Assembly (NCBI GenBank): GCA_048938105.1
Contig: JBHLMN010000001.1
Coordinates: 96,001 to 160,000 of the forward strand
Direction: 5' to 3'
DNA from: Promethearchaeota archaeon
Lineage (GTDB): Archaea > Asgardarchaeota > Heimdallarchaeia > Hodarchaeales > Hodarchaeaceae
Length of the DNA stretch: 64,000 nucleotides
Part shown: positions 39,580 to 48,931 of the stretch, piece by piece
How the letters are laid out: every line of letters begins with the position of its first letter
How positions within the stretch are numbered: the stretch's first letter is position 1
Notes under the pieces: model-generated
Told to the model about the DNA's origin: nothing
Database searches by the model: none
Seen by the model: the letters and a program-made list of their open reading frames with translations, nothing else
Made by a program: the position numbers and the translations under genes

Positions 39580-40608
39580 ATGAAATGTCTTCTTGCAGAT
39601 CAAGGAGTACCTCAAGGGGACTGTTTAACTATTACTCCTAGTGGGGATAAGAAACGAGCGTGTGAAGTAACTCTAAGAAAAACTAATGGCGTATATGAAC
39701 GATTAATAAAATCAATGCACTTATCACGGCCTGAGGATTATTTTTCTGTCTACCAAAGTGGATGCAACCACGCTTGTTTGAAATGTCACTCATCAGAGTT
39801 CTCAAAAAAAGCAAATGGGGATTGGATAAGCATCGACATGTTAGCAGTAATAGCAAGTGATTATTTAAGATCAGTAACAGTCAAAGAACCACGTTCTAGA
39901 GCCACCATGTGGCATGCTGAGGATCTCTGTCTCCATTGTGGCTCATGTATCCTGTTTGGCAGTCCATCCAAGTTTTGTCCTGGTAAACTAAAACCCTCAC
40001 AAATTGTCCTCTCTCCTCAAGGGTTCGGGCCCGCTCGAAATATCCTTGCATTTACAGGGGGGGATCTGACTTGTAATCCTCAGTATTATGCATTGGCGGC
40101 CGAAAGAATCAAAGATGTAACCGATGAAAAGCTTTGGGTATTGGTGGAAACCAATGGTTACGCATTGACAAAAAAAAATCTGGAAATTTTACGTGACGGT
40201 GGGGTCGATTCCTTTTGGTTGGATATTAAAGCATATGACGAAGTCAGCTATCAGAAATTATGTGGAACACCTAATTCAACAGTCTTAGATAGCCTAGCTT
40301 TGATGATTGATCTAGATTTTACAGTAGAGGTTCTCACATTGTATATTCCTGGGATTGTGGAAACTGATCAACACCGACAGATTGCTCGCCTTATAGCTGA
40401 TGTCGATTCTACTATCCCTACGACCTTATTGGCCTTCTTTCCCTCATATAAATTAAGGGATACCCGATCTCCTACTTTTAGTGAGATGATGACTAGTTAT
40501 TGGGTTTTGAGAGAAGAAGGATTGAACAATCTAAGACTTGGTAATATTGGAGTGTTTGCTAAAACTGATGAACAGGTGGAAGTCGTAAAATCATTAAGAT
40601 TAGGATAA
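39580..40608 (+). CDS. Radical SAM protein (PflA/activating-enzyme-like)
   Basis: GCNHACLKC, FTGGD, ETNG, WLDIKA; an additional CLHCGSC...C cluster. Confidence 0.88.
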   Translation: MKCLLADQGVPQGDCLTITPSGDKKRACEVTLRKTNGVYERLIKSMHLSRPEDYFSVYQSGCNHACLKCHSSEFSKKANGDWISIDMLAVIASDYLRSVTVKEPRSRATMWHAEDLCLHCGSCILFGSPSKFCPGKLKPSQIVLSPQGFGPARNILAFTGGDLTCNPQYYALAAERIKDVTDEKLWVLVETNGYALTKKNLEILRDGGVDSFWLDIKAYDEVSYQKLCGTPNSTVLDSLALMIDLDFTVEVLTLYIPGIVETDQHRQIARLIADVDSTIPTTLLAFFPSYKLRDTRSPTFSEMMTSYWVLREEGLNNLRLGNIGVFAKTDEQVEVVKSLRLG

Positions 40609-40651
40609 TTCGACTTCAGCTTAGATTAATCTATTTCAGAGGAAAATTATC

Positions 40652-41119
40652 ATGAATATGTTCAACGTTTATCCGATTGGTTATGTAAGAAAAGAAAAGG
40701 AAAAAGAGTATTTAGAAATTTTAAAGGAATTTCGCTTAGGGCTCTACCGTCTTGAAACAATCTCTCACGCTTTTATACTCTGGTGGATTCATGAAAGCGA
40801 CACTCACGAAGCAAGAAACGTCAGAAAAACAATCCCAAGAGTGAGAAATAGCTTTTTCCCTCCACAAGAGATGGGAACTTTCGCAACACGCTCTCCAAGA
40901 CGTCCAAACCCCCTAGGATTAACATTAGTTAAAATTACAGAAGTGACTGAAGACCAAGTAGTTGTAGATCATATTGATGCATTTGATGGTACACCAGTTC
41001 TAGATATTAAACCCTATCTCCCAAATGGTGACCGGATCGATGAAGGAGTGGTCCTACCGCAATGGTTTCAGCACCTTTTAACCTCACGACCAGCTGACCG
41101 AAGGGAGAATCAAATGTGA
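40652..41119 (+). CDS. trmO: tRNA (t6A37)-N6-methyltransferase TrmO/TsaA family
   Basis: PIGYV, GTFATRSPRRPNPLG, DAFDGTPVLDIKPY. Confidence 0.9.
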   Translation: MNMFNVYPIGYVRKEKEKEYLEILKEFRLGLYRLETISHAFILWWIHESDTHEARNVRKTIPRVRNSFFPPQEMGTFATRSPRRPNPLGLTLVKITEVTEDQVVVDHIDAFDGTPVLDIKPYLPNGDRIDEGVVLPQWFQHLLTSRPADRRENQM

Positions 41120-41120
41120 A

Positions 41121-41435
41121 GTGATTAATCTGGCAACAAATGTTTTCCAAAGAGAAGCTCGGCTTTACACACAAATAGGGAGTTCTAAAATTCAATGTGA
41201 TACCTGCTGGCATCAATGTAAAATCTCGGAAGGAAAATTTGGTCGTTGTCACACTCATACTAACATCGAAGGAGTTTTATATTGTGTAAATTACGGGTTA
41301 GTCTCTTCTTTTTCTATTAATCCAATTGAAAAGAAACCCTTATTCCATTATTATCCTAATTGGTTTGCTTCAACAATAGGCAGCTATTCGCTACTATCTG
41401 GAATCGTTACCTCGACGATTGGTGGTTTTTCATAA
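41121..41435 (+). pseudogene. Truncated 5' fragment of an AmmeMemoRadiSam radical SAM gene
   Basis: QCDTCWHQC...GRC...YG...NPIEKKPLFHYYP...TIGSYS is colinear with 42950-43216. Homology stops at 41390, just before the CxxxCxxC motif. Confidence 0.88.
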
Positions 41436-41607
41436 GGGGGATGGTATTATCTCCTAATGATATCGAAGTTGATGTTATCTTAGGATAAGATTTAATATGA
41501 ACTGTTTTTTCTTAGGTAAATATGATCTTTAAATTAGCGCCTACCAAAGTAATATAAATATTAGAGCCTTTTCTAACTTATAACAGAAAAAAATTGAGAA
41601 GAAGAAT

Positions 41608-42948
41608 ATGGGAGCTGAGAAAAAAATCGGGAGACCAACAAAAATACCTCCTAAAAGTCAATTCATTGAAGCTTGTAAATTATGTGAGACAATAGAAGAA
41701 GTTGCTCGGAAATTAGACATTTCTAAACGATCTGCTTATAGATATGCTAGATTCTATGGATTAAATCTCAATCATTTTGAAATTCCCTTTAGGTACCCAC
41801 CCCTTCCTGACTCAAGAAGAGTCCGATATATGATTTGCAAAATGTTTCTAAGGAATCACTCAGCAATTGAAACGTACAAACAGTTAAATAAATCGCTATA
41901 TTGGAAGAGAGAAAGGATTACAAGGATTTTAAGAGATGAAGGATTTGTCATCTATCGAAAGAATGCATGTAAGATAGTTAAACATCTTAATGGAGCTCAT
42001 AATAAATCAATCTCTAATGAGCTACAAAAAATAATCGATGGAGAAGTACTAGGTGACGGTCAATTGTTTTCTCAGTCTAAAGACTTCAAACAGAAGAGTA
42101 TTAACAAACCTCTTTCAGAATATTTACTTACTTTTAATAGACTTACGAACCTAAACAAAAAAGAAATTACTAATGATAGAGAACTCAAGAAAATAATTTC
42201 CGAATATAACAGCCTTATTCGGAGTCTCCTGAAAGCTCAAGTGGCTGGATTTCATATTCACAAATCACTACTTGAGGAGCCATGGATTAGATGGCTAGCA
42301 AACCTATTTAACAAGCATAATTATTCAGTAACCATAGTTCCTCCCAAAAAAACAGTATATATGATTACACAGAGTACAGTACAACTTCATCAAGAGTATA
42401 AGAAATGGTATTCGAAGAAAAGAAAGGAAATTCCAACCACTTTACGATTAACACCAACTACCTTTTTACACTGGTATGTTGGAGATGGATCCGCTTCAAA
42501 AAATACGTTAACATTAAATACACAAAGTTTCAATGAAAAAAACCATAAATTTCTGCAGGAACTTCTAAAGAAAACCATAAGAGTCAAAACAAGAATTCAA
42601 CCATATTTTAGCTGGAGATATCCACGAAAAACACTCTTTAAGCTTTGTATTACTTCAAAAACTAATATAAACAAAATTTTTGAGTACCTTGAGAATGCTC
42701 CAAAAGATTCTTTATCATTAGCAAAACAACTACTTCCTTGGAAGTTTGATTGCAAATTAAGGAAAAAGGATGTATATAATCCTAAAAAAAGGTTTGTAGC
42801 CGATAATTACTTGAATTTTTTTGTAAAAACGGTAAAAAAGGTTGAAAAAAACCCATTGGAACGAAGTAGACGTCTTAATGTTCTGTTTCCTTGGAAATTT
42901 CCAATAAAGAATGAGATGCATATAGCAATAAATTGTAATAAGAATTAA
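41608..42948 (+). mobile_element. Free-standing LAGLIDADG homing endonuclease with N-terminal HTH
   Basis: Two LAGLIDADG-type motifs (IIDGEVLGDGQL; FLHWYVGDGS) plus LNTQSF; N-terminal TIEEVARKLDISKRSAYRY; very Lys-rich. Confidence 0.85.
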
Positions 42949-42949
42949 A

Positions 42950-43984
42950 ATGAATTTAACACGTAAACAATTCAGAAGTAAGGCTTTATTATATCGTTGT
43001 CTGCATAATTCATCTGTTCAATGTAATACATGTTGGCATAAGTGTATTATTAAGGAAGGGGGTCATGGTAGATGTAAAACTCGCATTAATATCAGAGGCA
43101 CATTATTTACGGAAACGTATGGGATGATTTCTACATTATCACTCAACCCAATCGAAAAAAAACCATTATTTCATTATTACCCTGGTTCGTATGCTTTAAC
43201 AATCGGGAGCATAGGATGCAATTTTTCATGTCCATGGTGTCAGAACTGGAGTATTAGTAAGTGTTACCCATCTGAAGTTCATTATCCTCGATTTATGAGC
43301 CCTACTGATCTAGTCAATAGGACAGAAAAGAATGATAAAATAAGCGGGATATCAATTTCGTTCAATGAACCCACATTATCATTGGAGTACTCATTAGATG
43401 TATTTCATCAATGCAAACCTAAAACGTATCGAATGTTCGTGACTAATGGTTATATGACGAGTCAAGCGCTAAAATTGCTCATTAAAGCAGGAATGAGTGG
43501 AATGACTGTGACAGTCAAGGGGAGTAAAAAAACAGTTAAACAATATTGCAAAACAAATGTGGAAAAAGTATGGGAAAATATCCGAACAGCCTTCGAAAAA
43601 GGAGTGCATATTGAAGTGGTCTGTCTGATAATTCCTACGGTTAATGACTCAATCGAATTTTATCATGAAGTTGCAATACGGTTAAGGGATATTAATTCCA
43701 ACATTCCACTTCATTTTACCAGATTCCACCCTGATTATCAGTTCACAAATGTGGACTCGACTCCAATCAAAACATTAGAAGTAGCTCATGGAACGGCGCA
43801 ATCTGAAGGACTATCGTATGTCTACTTAGGAAATGTACCTGGTCATCCTTTAGAAAATACTTATTGTCCAAATTGTCAAACATTACTCATCAAACGAACC
43901 ATTTACCAGATAGATATGAAATATGATGTCAAGACTCAACGTTGTCCCTCCTGTGGAACATCCATTCCTATATTTCTTGGTTAA
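42950..43984 (+). CDS. AmmeMemoRadiSam system radical SAM enzyme (complete copy)
   Basis: NPIEKKPLFHYYPG, GCNFSCPWCQNWSIS, FNEP, VTNGY, PLHFTRFHPDY, YVYLGNV, NTYCPNC. Confidence 0.92.
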   Translation: MNLTRKQFRSKALLYRCLHNSSVQCNTCWHKCIIKEGGHGRCKTRINIRGTLFTETYGMISTLSLNPIEKKPLFHYYPGSYALTIGSIGCNFSCPWCQNWSISKCYPSEVHYPRFMSPTDLVNRTEKNDKISGISISFNEPTLSLEYSLDVFHQCKPKTYRMFVTNGYMTSQALKLLIKAGMSGMTVTVKGSKKTVKQYCKTNVEKVWENIRTAFEKGVHIEVVCLIIPTVNDSIEFYHEVAIRLRDINSNIPLHFTRFHPDYQFTNVDSTPIKTLEVAHGTAQSEGLSYVYLGNVPGHPLENTYCPNCQTLLIKRTIYQIDMKYDVKTQRCPSCGTSIPIFLG

Positions 43985-44648
43985 CTTTGACCAAGGCTAA
44001 ATTTTGCAGATATTGTTTGATTTCTTCTGGTACTAGTAAAAGGGCGGCAGCAATAGCTCCTATCTGTGCATTGACAACATGATCTGCAGTACCAACAATG
44101 ACAACTACTTTTTCCCAAGGAATTTTTTTCGTTATTGTGGATAATTTTCTCCTAGCTTTTCTATCTAACAAAGCTACCTGAGGTAATGGAGGATAAACTG
44201 CATCTAGGAGATAAAAATTTCCTGATTTTTCTTTAAGGAATATAGTACATCCTAACGCTCCGTTCATAAGAGCTTCATCACGTAGAACTACTGTGTTAAG
44301 CTGATCAATACCTGAACCTTCAACACAGGCAATAGCATCCTTTTTCCCTAGAGTATAATTACGTCCTAAGTAGATACGATGAGTTGGAATGCGGACATAT
44401 TGTTGACATCTCCTCCACACCTCTTTCCCTTGAGTAGTGAATTGGTGCCCTAATCTTTGACTCAATCTTTCTATAAGCTCTGTTTTTACCAATTTCTCTA
44501 AAATTATCCGAGTTTGAGCATTGGAGATACCTAGCTTACGTGACAACTTGTACCTCCCTATTGGTTGGTTCTGGTCTAGAAGAAGGAGTGAAAACAAGAA
44601 GTATGTTGTAGACTGGGTTGGTCTTACTGAGGAAATAAATAACACCAC
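43968..44648 (-). CDS. Winged-HTH protein of DUF4443 type
   Basis: PIGRYKLSRKLGIS...GHQFTTQG wHTH and LRDEALMNGALG. Confidence 0.7.
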   Translation of the reverse strand: MVLFISSVRPTQSTTYFLFSLLLLDQNQPIGRYKLSRKLGISNAQTRIILEKLVKTELIERLSQRLGHQFTTQGKEVWRRCQQYVRIPTHRIYLGRNYTLGKKDAIACVEGSGIDQLNTVVLRDEALMNGALGCTIFLKEKSGNFYLLDAVYPPLPQVALLDRKARRKLSTITKKIPWEKVVVIVGTADHVVNAQIGAIAAALLLVPEEIKQYLQNLALVKVNQEI

Positions 44649-44819
44649 TACACTTTGATCTTTTACATCTTTTATACTTTGGATAGAATATTAAGATCTA
44701 CTCAAGATTTTACTGGAAATCTTTGTTTTAGCCTTAAATAATCCGCAATCAAGTGTTAGTAGTTTAATTTTTCTCAACAGAAAATTAATCAGTTGTGAAA
44801 TAGATCTTGTATATGAATA

Positions 44820-45818
44820 ATGATGGAGAACTACGACCGATTTTCAGTATTAAAAGCTACTTTTGCAAGTCAAAAAACAGATAAAGTTCCCTATGCCCTA
44901 TGGAAACATTTTCCTGAAGCAGATAAAACCTCCGAAGGATTAGCGAAAGCTCAACTCGATTTTCAAAAGAGATTCAACTCAGATCTCATGAAAATCTCAC
45001 CTCATGGCAGCTATTGTGTAGTAGACTTTGGTGGAACACTAGGAGATTATAATCCACTTTCAGGTTCTCGTATTTGTAAGCAGCCCCCAATTTCGTCCTT
45101 AAGTGACTGGGAAACGTTAGAACCCGTTGATCCCAACGATGGTGAGTTCGGTGTACAGATCAAAGCAGTGGAACTAATTCATAGAGAAGTTGAGAACGTC
45201 ATCCCGACCATGATGACTGTTTTTTCTCCATTTATGGTAGGTACTAAACTAGATCCTTCATTACTAGAGCATTTAATGCAAAACCGTCAACTTCTCCTCA
45301 GTCAAATTGGTATGCTCACGAAGCTCACAAGTGAATTTGCGAACGCTGTTCTAGAAGCTGGGGCTGATGGGCTGTTTCTCGCCACTCAGCACTTTAATTC
45401 TGCTTTAGCAAAGGAGGAAATACAAAATTTTGAATTTCAACCGATGAAATCACTCTTGCTAAATGTTACCAAAAGGTCTACATTTAATATACTCCATTTA
45501 CATGGTGAAGCTCCTTACTTCACGTGGGCGACTCAACTTCCAAACATAACTGGCATAAATTGGCACGACCAAAGAACCACTCCGAGGATTCAAGAAGCAC
45601 GTCAAGATTACACCGGCGTATTATTAGGAGGACTTGATGAAATGAATTTACTCCGAAAGGGTACTAAAGAGGAGATCCAACAATCAATTGAAACAATCTT
45701 TAGAGAGTTTAATGAAAGAGGATTAATTTTTGCTCCAGGTTGTGTTTTACCCCAGGATGTTTCAGATGAAAATCTTAAGGCGGTAATTGATACTGTAAAC
45801 TCATTGGCTCCAATTTAA
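44820..45818 (+). CDS. Uroporphyrinogen decarboxylase (URO-D/MtaA-CmuA) family protein
   Basis: LWKHFP, TVFSPF, AGADGLF, ILHLHG, LGGLD, IFAPGCVLP. Confidence 0.85.
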   Translation: MMENYDRFSVLKATFASQKTDKVPYALWKHFPEADKTSEGLAKAQLDFQKRFNSDLMKISPHGSYCVVDFGGTLGDYNPLSGSRICKQPPISSLSDWETLEPVDPNDGEFGVQIKAVELIHREVENVIPTMMTVFSPFMVGTKLDPSLLEHLMQNRQLLLSQIGMLTKLTSEFANAVLEAGADGLFLATQHFNSALAKEEIQNFEFQPMKSLLLNVTKRSTFNILHLHGEAPYFTWATQLPNITGINWHDQRTTPRIQEARQDYTGVLLGGLDEMNLLRKGTKEEIQQSIETIFREFNERGLIFAPGCVLPQDVSDENLKAVIDTVNSLAPI

Positions 45819-45951
45819 TTCCCATATTTCCTTTTTAATGTAATATTTCATCCCTTCTACCCAGGAATAAGAACGTGCAAGTTGCTCTTCCTAGTGTAAT
45901 TGATAACCATCCTTTCAGAGGGGGATTCAAATCGCCTCTATTTTTCCCATT

Positions 45952-48924
45952 TTATCGCATATTACACAACTCTCGTGTTTTTTGTCCTGCTTTGATGGTA
46001 ATCACCACTAAATTTGAGAAAACAATTAACAGGATAAGCCCGATATCCATTTTGGGACCAATAATAACTCCACCGATATTCACGTTTCGTAAAGTAGGAA
46101 AAACAGTCATAATCCACATTCCTAAATATGCTCCTAATACACTTGCTATCAATCCCAAGAGAGTAAGATGTACTACTACTCCAAAGATTATTTGATCTCT
46201 TGTTGCCCCTAGTTGCTGAAATGTTTTTAATGTTTTTTCATTGGAAACGATAGGATGAGAAATAACAGAAGCAATACTTAGAAGTGATAAACTTGAGACT
46301 ATTATTACTAAGCTTGTGAATGTCGTTGTAAAAATCCTTAACGATGATTGTAAAAACCCTGATACATATTCAGATGATAATACAACCGAAAAAGTGCCTA
46401 ATTTTCTTTTATTTACATAACTACCGATTTCTTCATTAGGATTCATGGTTTCAATCTGAATTTCTAGGTTTGTTTCGTCTACAGCGAAGTCTAAAGGTTG
46501 ACTGGGAAAGGTCTGTTCATTATAGACAATATGTATTGAACAGTTTCCCCAAGGAATCTCATAAAACACAGCTTCTCCATTATTATTGGTAAATTCCATG
46601 TACTCAATGTCATAATATTCATTAACTAATTCAACATAAGCTTGGGGGATTTTCTGATAGAATTGATTGGTCAAACTAATAGATATCGTTCCAGTAAATT
46701 CGATAAGCCTTTTAATTGATGCATATGTACTCTCTACATAAGAGAGGTTTTGTTCAAGCAAAAATTCTCCCTTAGATATTGAAAGGGAATAATTAATGCC
46801 TATAGGGAAGAATAATTCTGCTAAACCGCTTGAATTTGAAGTTCCTCGATAAGTAATCTCGGTCTCTCTATTCTTTACTGAAATAATGGCTTCTGAGACG
46901 GGATACCCAGTTACAGACTGAGTTGAAACCATTAGACGAACTTTCCCTAGTTTTATCACGCAATTTTGATTTTTAAAATCAATTTTAAGACTTTTTGTCT
47001 GGGTGAATCCATCTTTTTCGGCTAAAACTTGATAAATACCTGGTTCAGAGAGACTGATACTTAAATGACCTGAAGAATCTGTTTTACCAGAGGAAACTGT
47101 ATTAGATTCCTTAAGAATTACGATATTACAATCTGATAAGACATTATTAGAAACATCCCCCAATGTACCATTATAAGCTACAATATCTAATTGATAAGAC
47201 TTAAGAAAATTAATGATCAATGTTGAGGTACTTACGAAAAAAATACTTTGCTTATATATCCTACTTTGATTCTCTATTGGAATAGCAATGACATCGTAAT
47301 CTAAACCAACCTCTAGCTGAAAATCAACTATACCATCAGTCTTTGTTAAAGCCTTAAAAACCTCTCCATCATACCTTATAATGGTTAGATTTGCTGATTC
47401 CAAGGCTTGTTCATTTTCTCCACGAACCCAAACTTTTAGAGAAGCAGGTCCTATATAGAGGATCTTATATGTACTCTGATTAATAAAAGCAGAAAACTTT
47501 CTCACAAGATTATTATATTGAAATTCAACCTGGTAGTTCCCACGATCCAAATAAATTGTAGTTCCACTTTGGAAATTATCATTATAATAATATACTACAT
47601 TTGTTAAATTCACTTTTCTTAAAATCCTCACTACTCCTCCATCAACCTGTAACCCTGATGAAATATTTGAGATGATTAAATTCAATGAACATTCCAATTC
47701 TATGTTTAACTGCATTGATTGGTTTAATCTAATCTCAGTTAGCCTTTCAATCCCTTTATAGTTCACTTTAACAAAATAGAAGTTCTCTGGGGTATTTAAA
47801 AATTGAGTAAAACCTTCTTCATTTGTGTGGGAGAAATTTAATTCTCTTGGATTAAATCGGTTTATCAACAAAACTGAAGCATTGAATACAGGTTGCTTGT
47901 TATATGAAACATTGAGCTGAAGATTATAATAATAACCACCTATTATTATTTCAAAAGGATTTAAAAAACTTTGATTAACAAATATCTTTAATGGTTGGCT
48001 GTTTGGTGCTCCAATGGGAGTTGCAACGAATTCATAGGTCCCAAATCGTAAACTGAATTCTGTTTTATTCTGCGAATCTATTATTTGTGTCTCAACAAGT
48101 TCTCCAAACGAAGTATAAGCCACGATTGGAGTTCCTATTAACTTTCTTGCGAGTTTGGGGTCACGACTATTGAGAGAAATAGGAACAGTAAATTCAGTGT
48201 TTATTATATCAGATAAAGTTTCCTTAGAAATAATCTCCTCATCAATTAATACTCGAAGAATAGACACAAATGAATATTCTTTATCAGTTATGGTTTTTCC
48301 TAAGTCTAAAGAAACAAGTATTTCTTCATCACAAGGAGAATTTGACTGGATTATTCCAGTGATTAGCACTTCCACAACCATATCTGTCAAAGTACTTGCT
48401 AATTGGATTTTATCACCACAGCTCAAACCTAGACCTGAAGCTAATAAATACCCTACCATGGCTCCATTAAGCTGGGTGTCATTAGTATGAGGATTATCGA
48501 TTTGACTAAAGGCTGGATTGAACCACGAACCAGCTGTAACATTAGTAGGAGTAAGTTTACTAAAATTAGATGTGATCCCCCGTACAACTATTGATTTATC
48601 ATTTAAATTCTGTGCAATAGTAATTCCTAAAGTTTCAGGACTGATTGATATGACACCCTTTATCTTTTGAATGTCGCGTTGCATTGATTCAGGAACTTTT
48701 CCTGTGAAAGGGGTTGTGACTCCAGGCTGTGTGACAATTAGAATGTTATCCGCACCTCCAATAAAGAATTCTTCGTCTCTCACACCTAACATAAATGCAC
48801 CAATAGCCCCTGAAGTTGTAGAGATAAATATGATACCCACCAAAAATAACCAAATATCTCTTAGAGTGAAGATCTGTATTTTGGTTAATTTTGTAATATT
48901 ACTACGGATTATATTTTTCAACAA
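45952..48924 (-). CDS. MacB/FtsX-family permease with an inserted array of beta-sandwich repeats
   Basis: MacB-like N-terminal region, repeated P/x-x-A-x-V...T-x-x-x-G...G-x-Y-x-V units, C-terminal FQQLGATRDQI FtsX domain. Confidence 0.75.
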   Translation of the reverse strand: MLKNIIRSNITKLTKIQIFTLRDIWLFLVGIIFISTTSGAIGAFMLGVRDEEFFIGGADNILIVTQPGVTTPFTGKVPESMQRDIQKIKGVISISPETLGITIAQNLNDKSIVVRGITSNFSKLTPTNVTAGSWFNPAFSQIDNPHTNDTQLNGAMVGYLLASGLGLSCGDKIQLASTLTDMVVEVLITGIIQSNSPCDEEILVSLDLGKTITDKEYSFVSILRVLIDEEIISKETLSDIINTEFTVPISLNSRDPKLARKLIGTPIVAYTSFGELVETQIIDSQNKTEFSLRFGTYEFVATPIGAPNSQPLKIFVNQSFLNPFEIIIGGYYYNLQLNVSYNKQPVFNASVLLINRFNPRELNFSHTNEEGFTQFLNTPENFYFVKVNYKGIERLTEIRLNQSMQLNIELECSLNLIISNISSGLQVDGGVVRILRKVNLTNVVYYYNDNFQSGTTIYLDRGNYQVEFQYNNLVRKFSAFINQSTYKILYIGPASLKVWVRGENEQALESANLTIIRYDGEVFKALTKTDGIVDFQLEVGLDYDVIAIPIENQSRIYKQSIFFVSTSTLIINFLKSYQLDIVAYNGTLGDVSNNVLSDCNIVILKESNTVSSGKTDSSGHLSISLSEPGIYQVLAEKDGFTQTKSLKIDFKNQNCVIKLGKVRLMVSTQSVTGYPVSEAIISVKNRETEITYRGTSNSSGLAELFFPIGINYSLSISKGEFLLEQNLSYVESTYASIKRLIEFTGTISISLTNQFYQKIPQAYVELVNEYYDIEYMEFTNNNGEAVFYEIPWGNCSIHIVYNEQTFPSQPLDFAVDETNLEIQIETMNPNEEIGSYVNKRKLGTFSVVLSSEYVSGFLQSSLRIFTTTFTSLVIIVSSLSLLSIASVISHPIVSNEKTLKTFQQLGATRDQIIFGVVVHLTLLGLIASVLGAYLGMWIMTVFPTLRNVNIGGVIIGPKMDIGLILLIVFSNLVVITIKAGQKTRELCNMR

Positions 48925-48931
48925 GTAATTC

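Noticed and set aside
41391-42948. Intact intein or classical intron in the radical SAM gene
   Set aside because: Stop codons follow the breakpoint, no Hint motifs or BHB pairing were seen, and the downstream sequence restarts the gene rather than continuing it.
45852-45945. tRNA-like or SECIS-like structure between convergent genes (GGGGATTCAAATCGCC; AGGAA/TTCCT stem)
   Set aside because: No cloverleaf or SECIS core, and no in-frame TGA in neighbouring genes; more simply a terminator hairpin followed by a T-tract.
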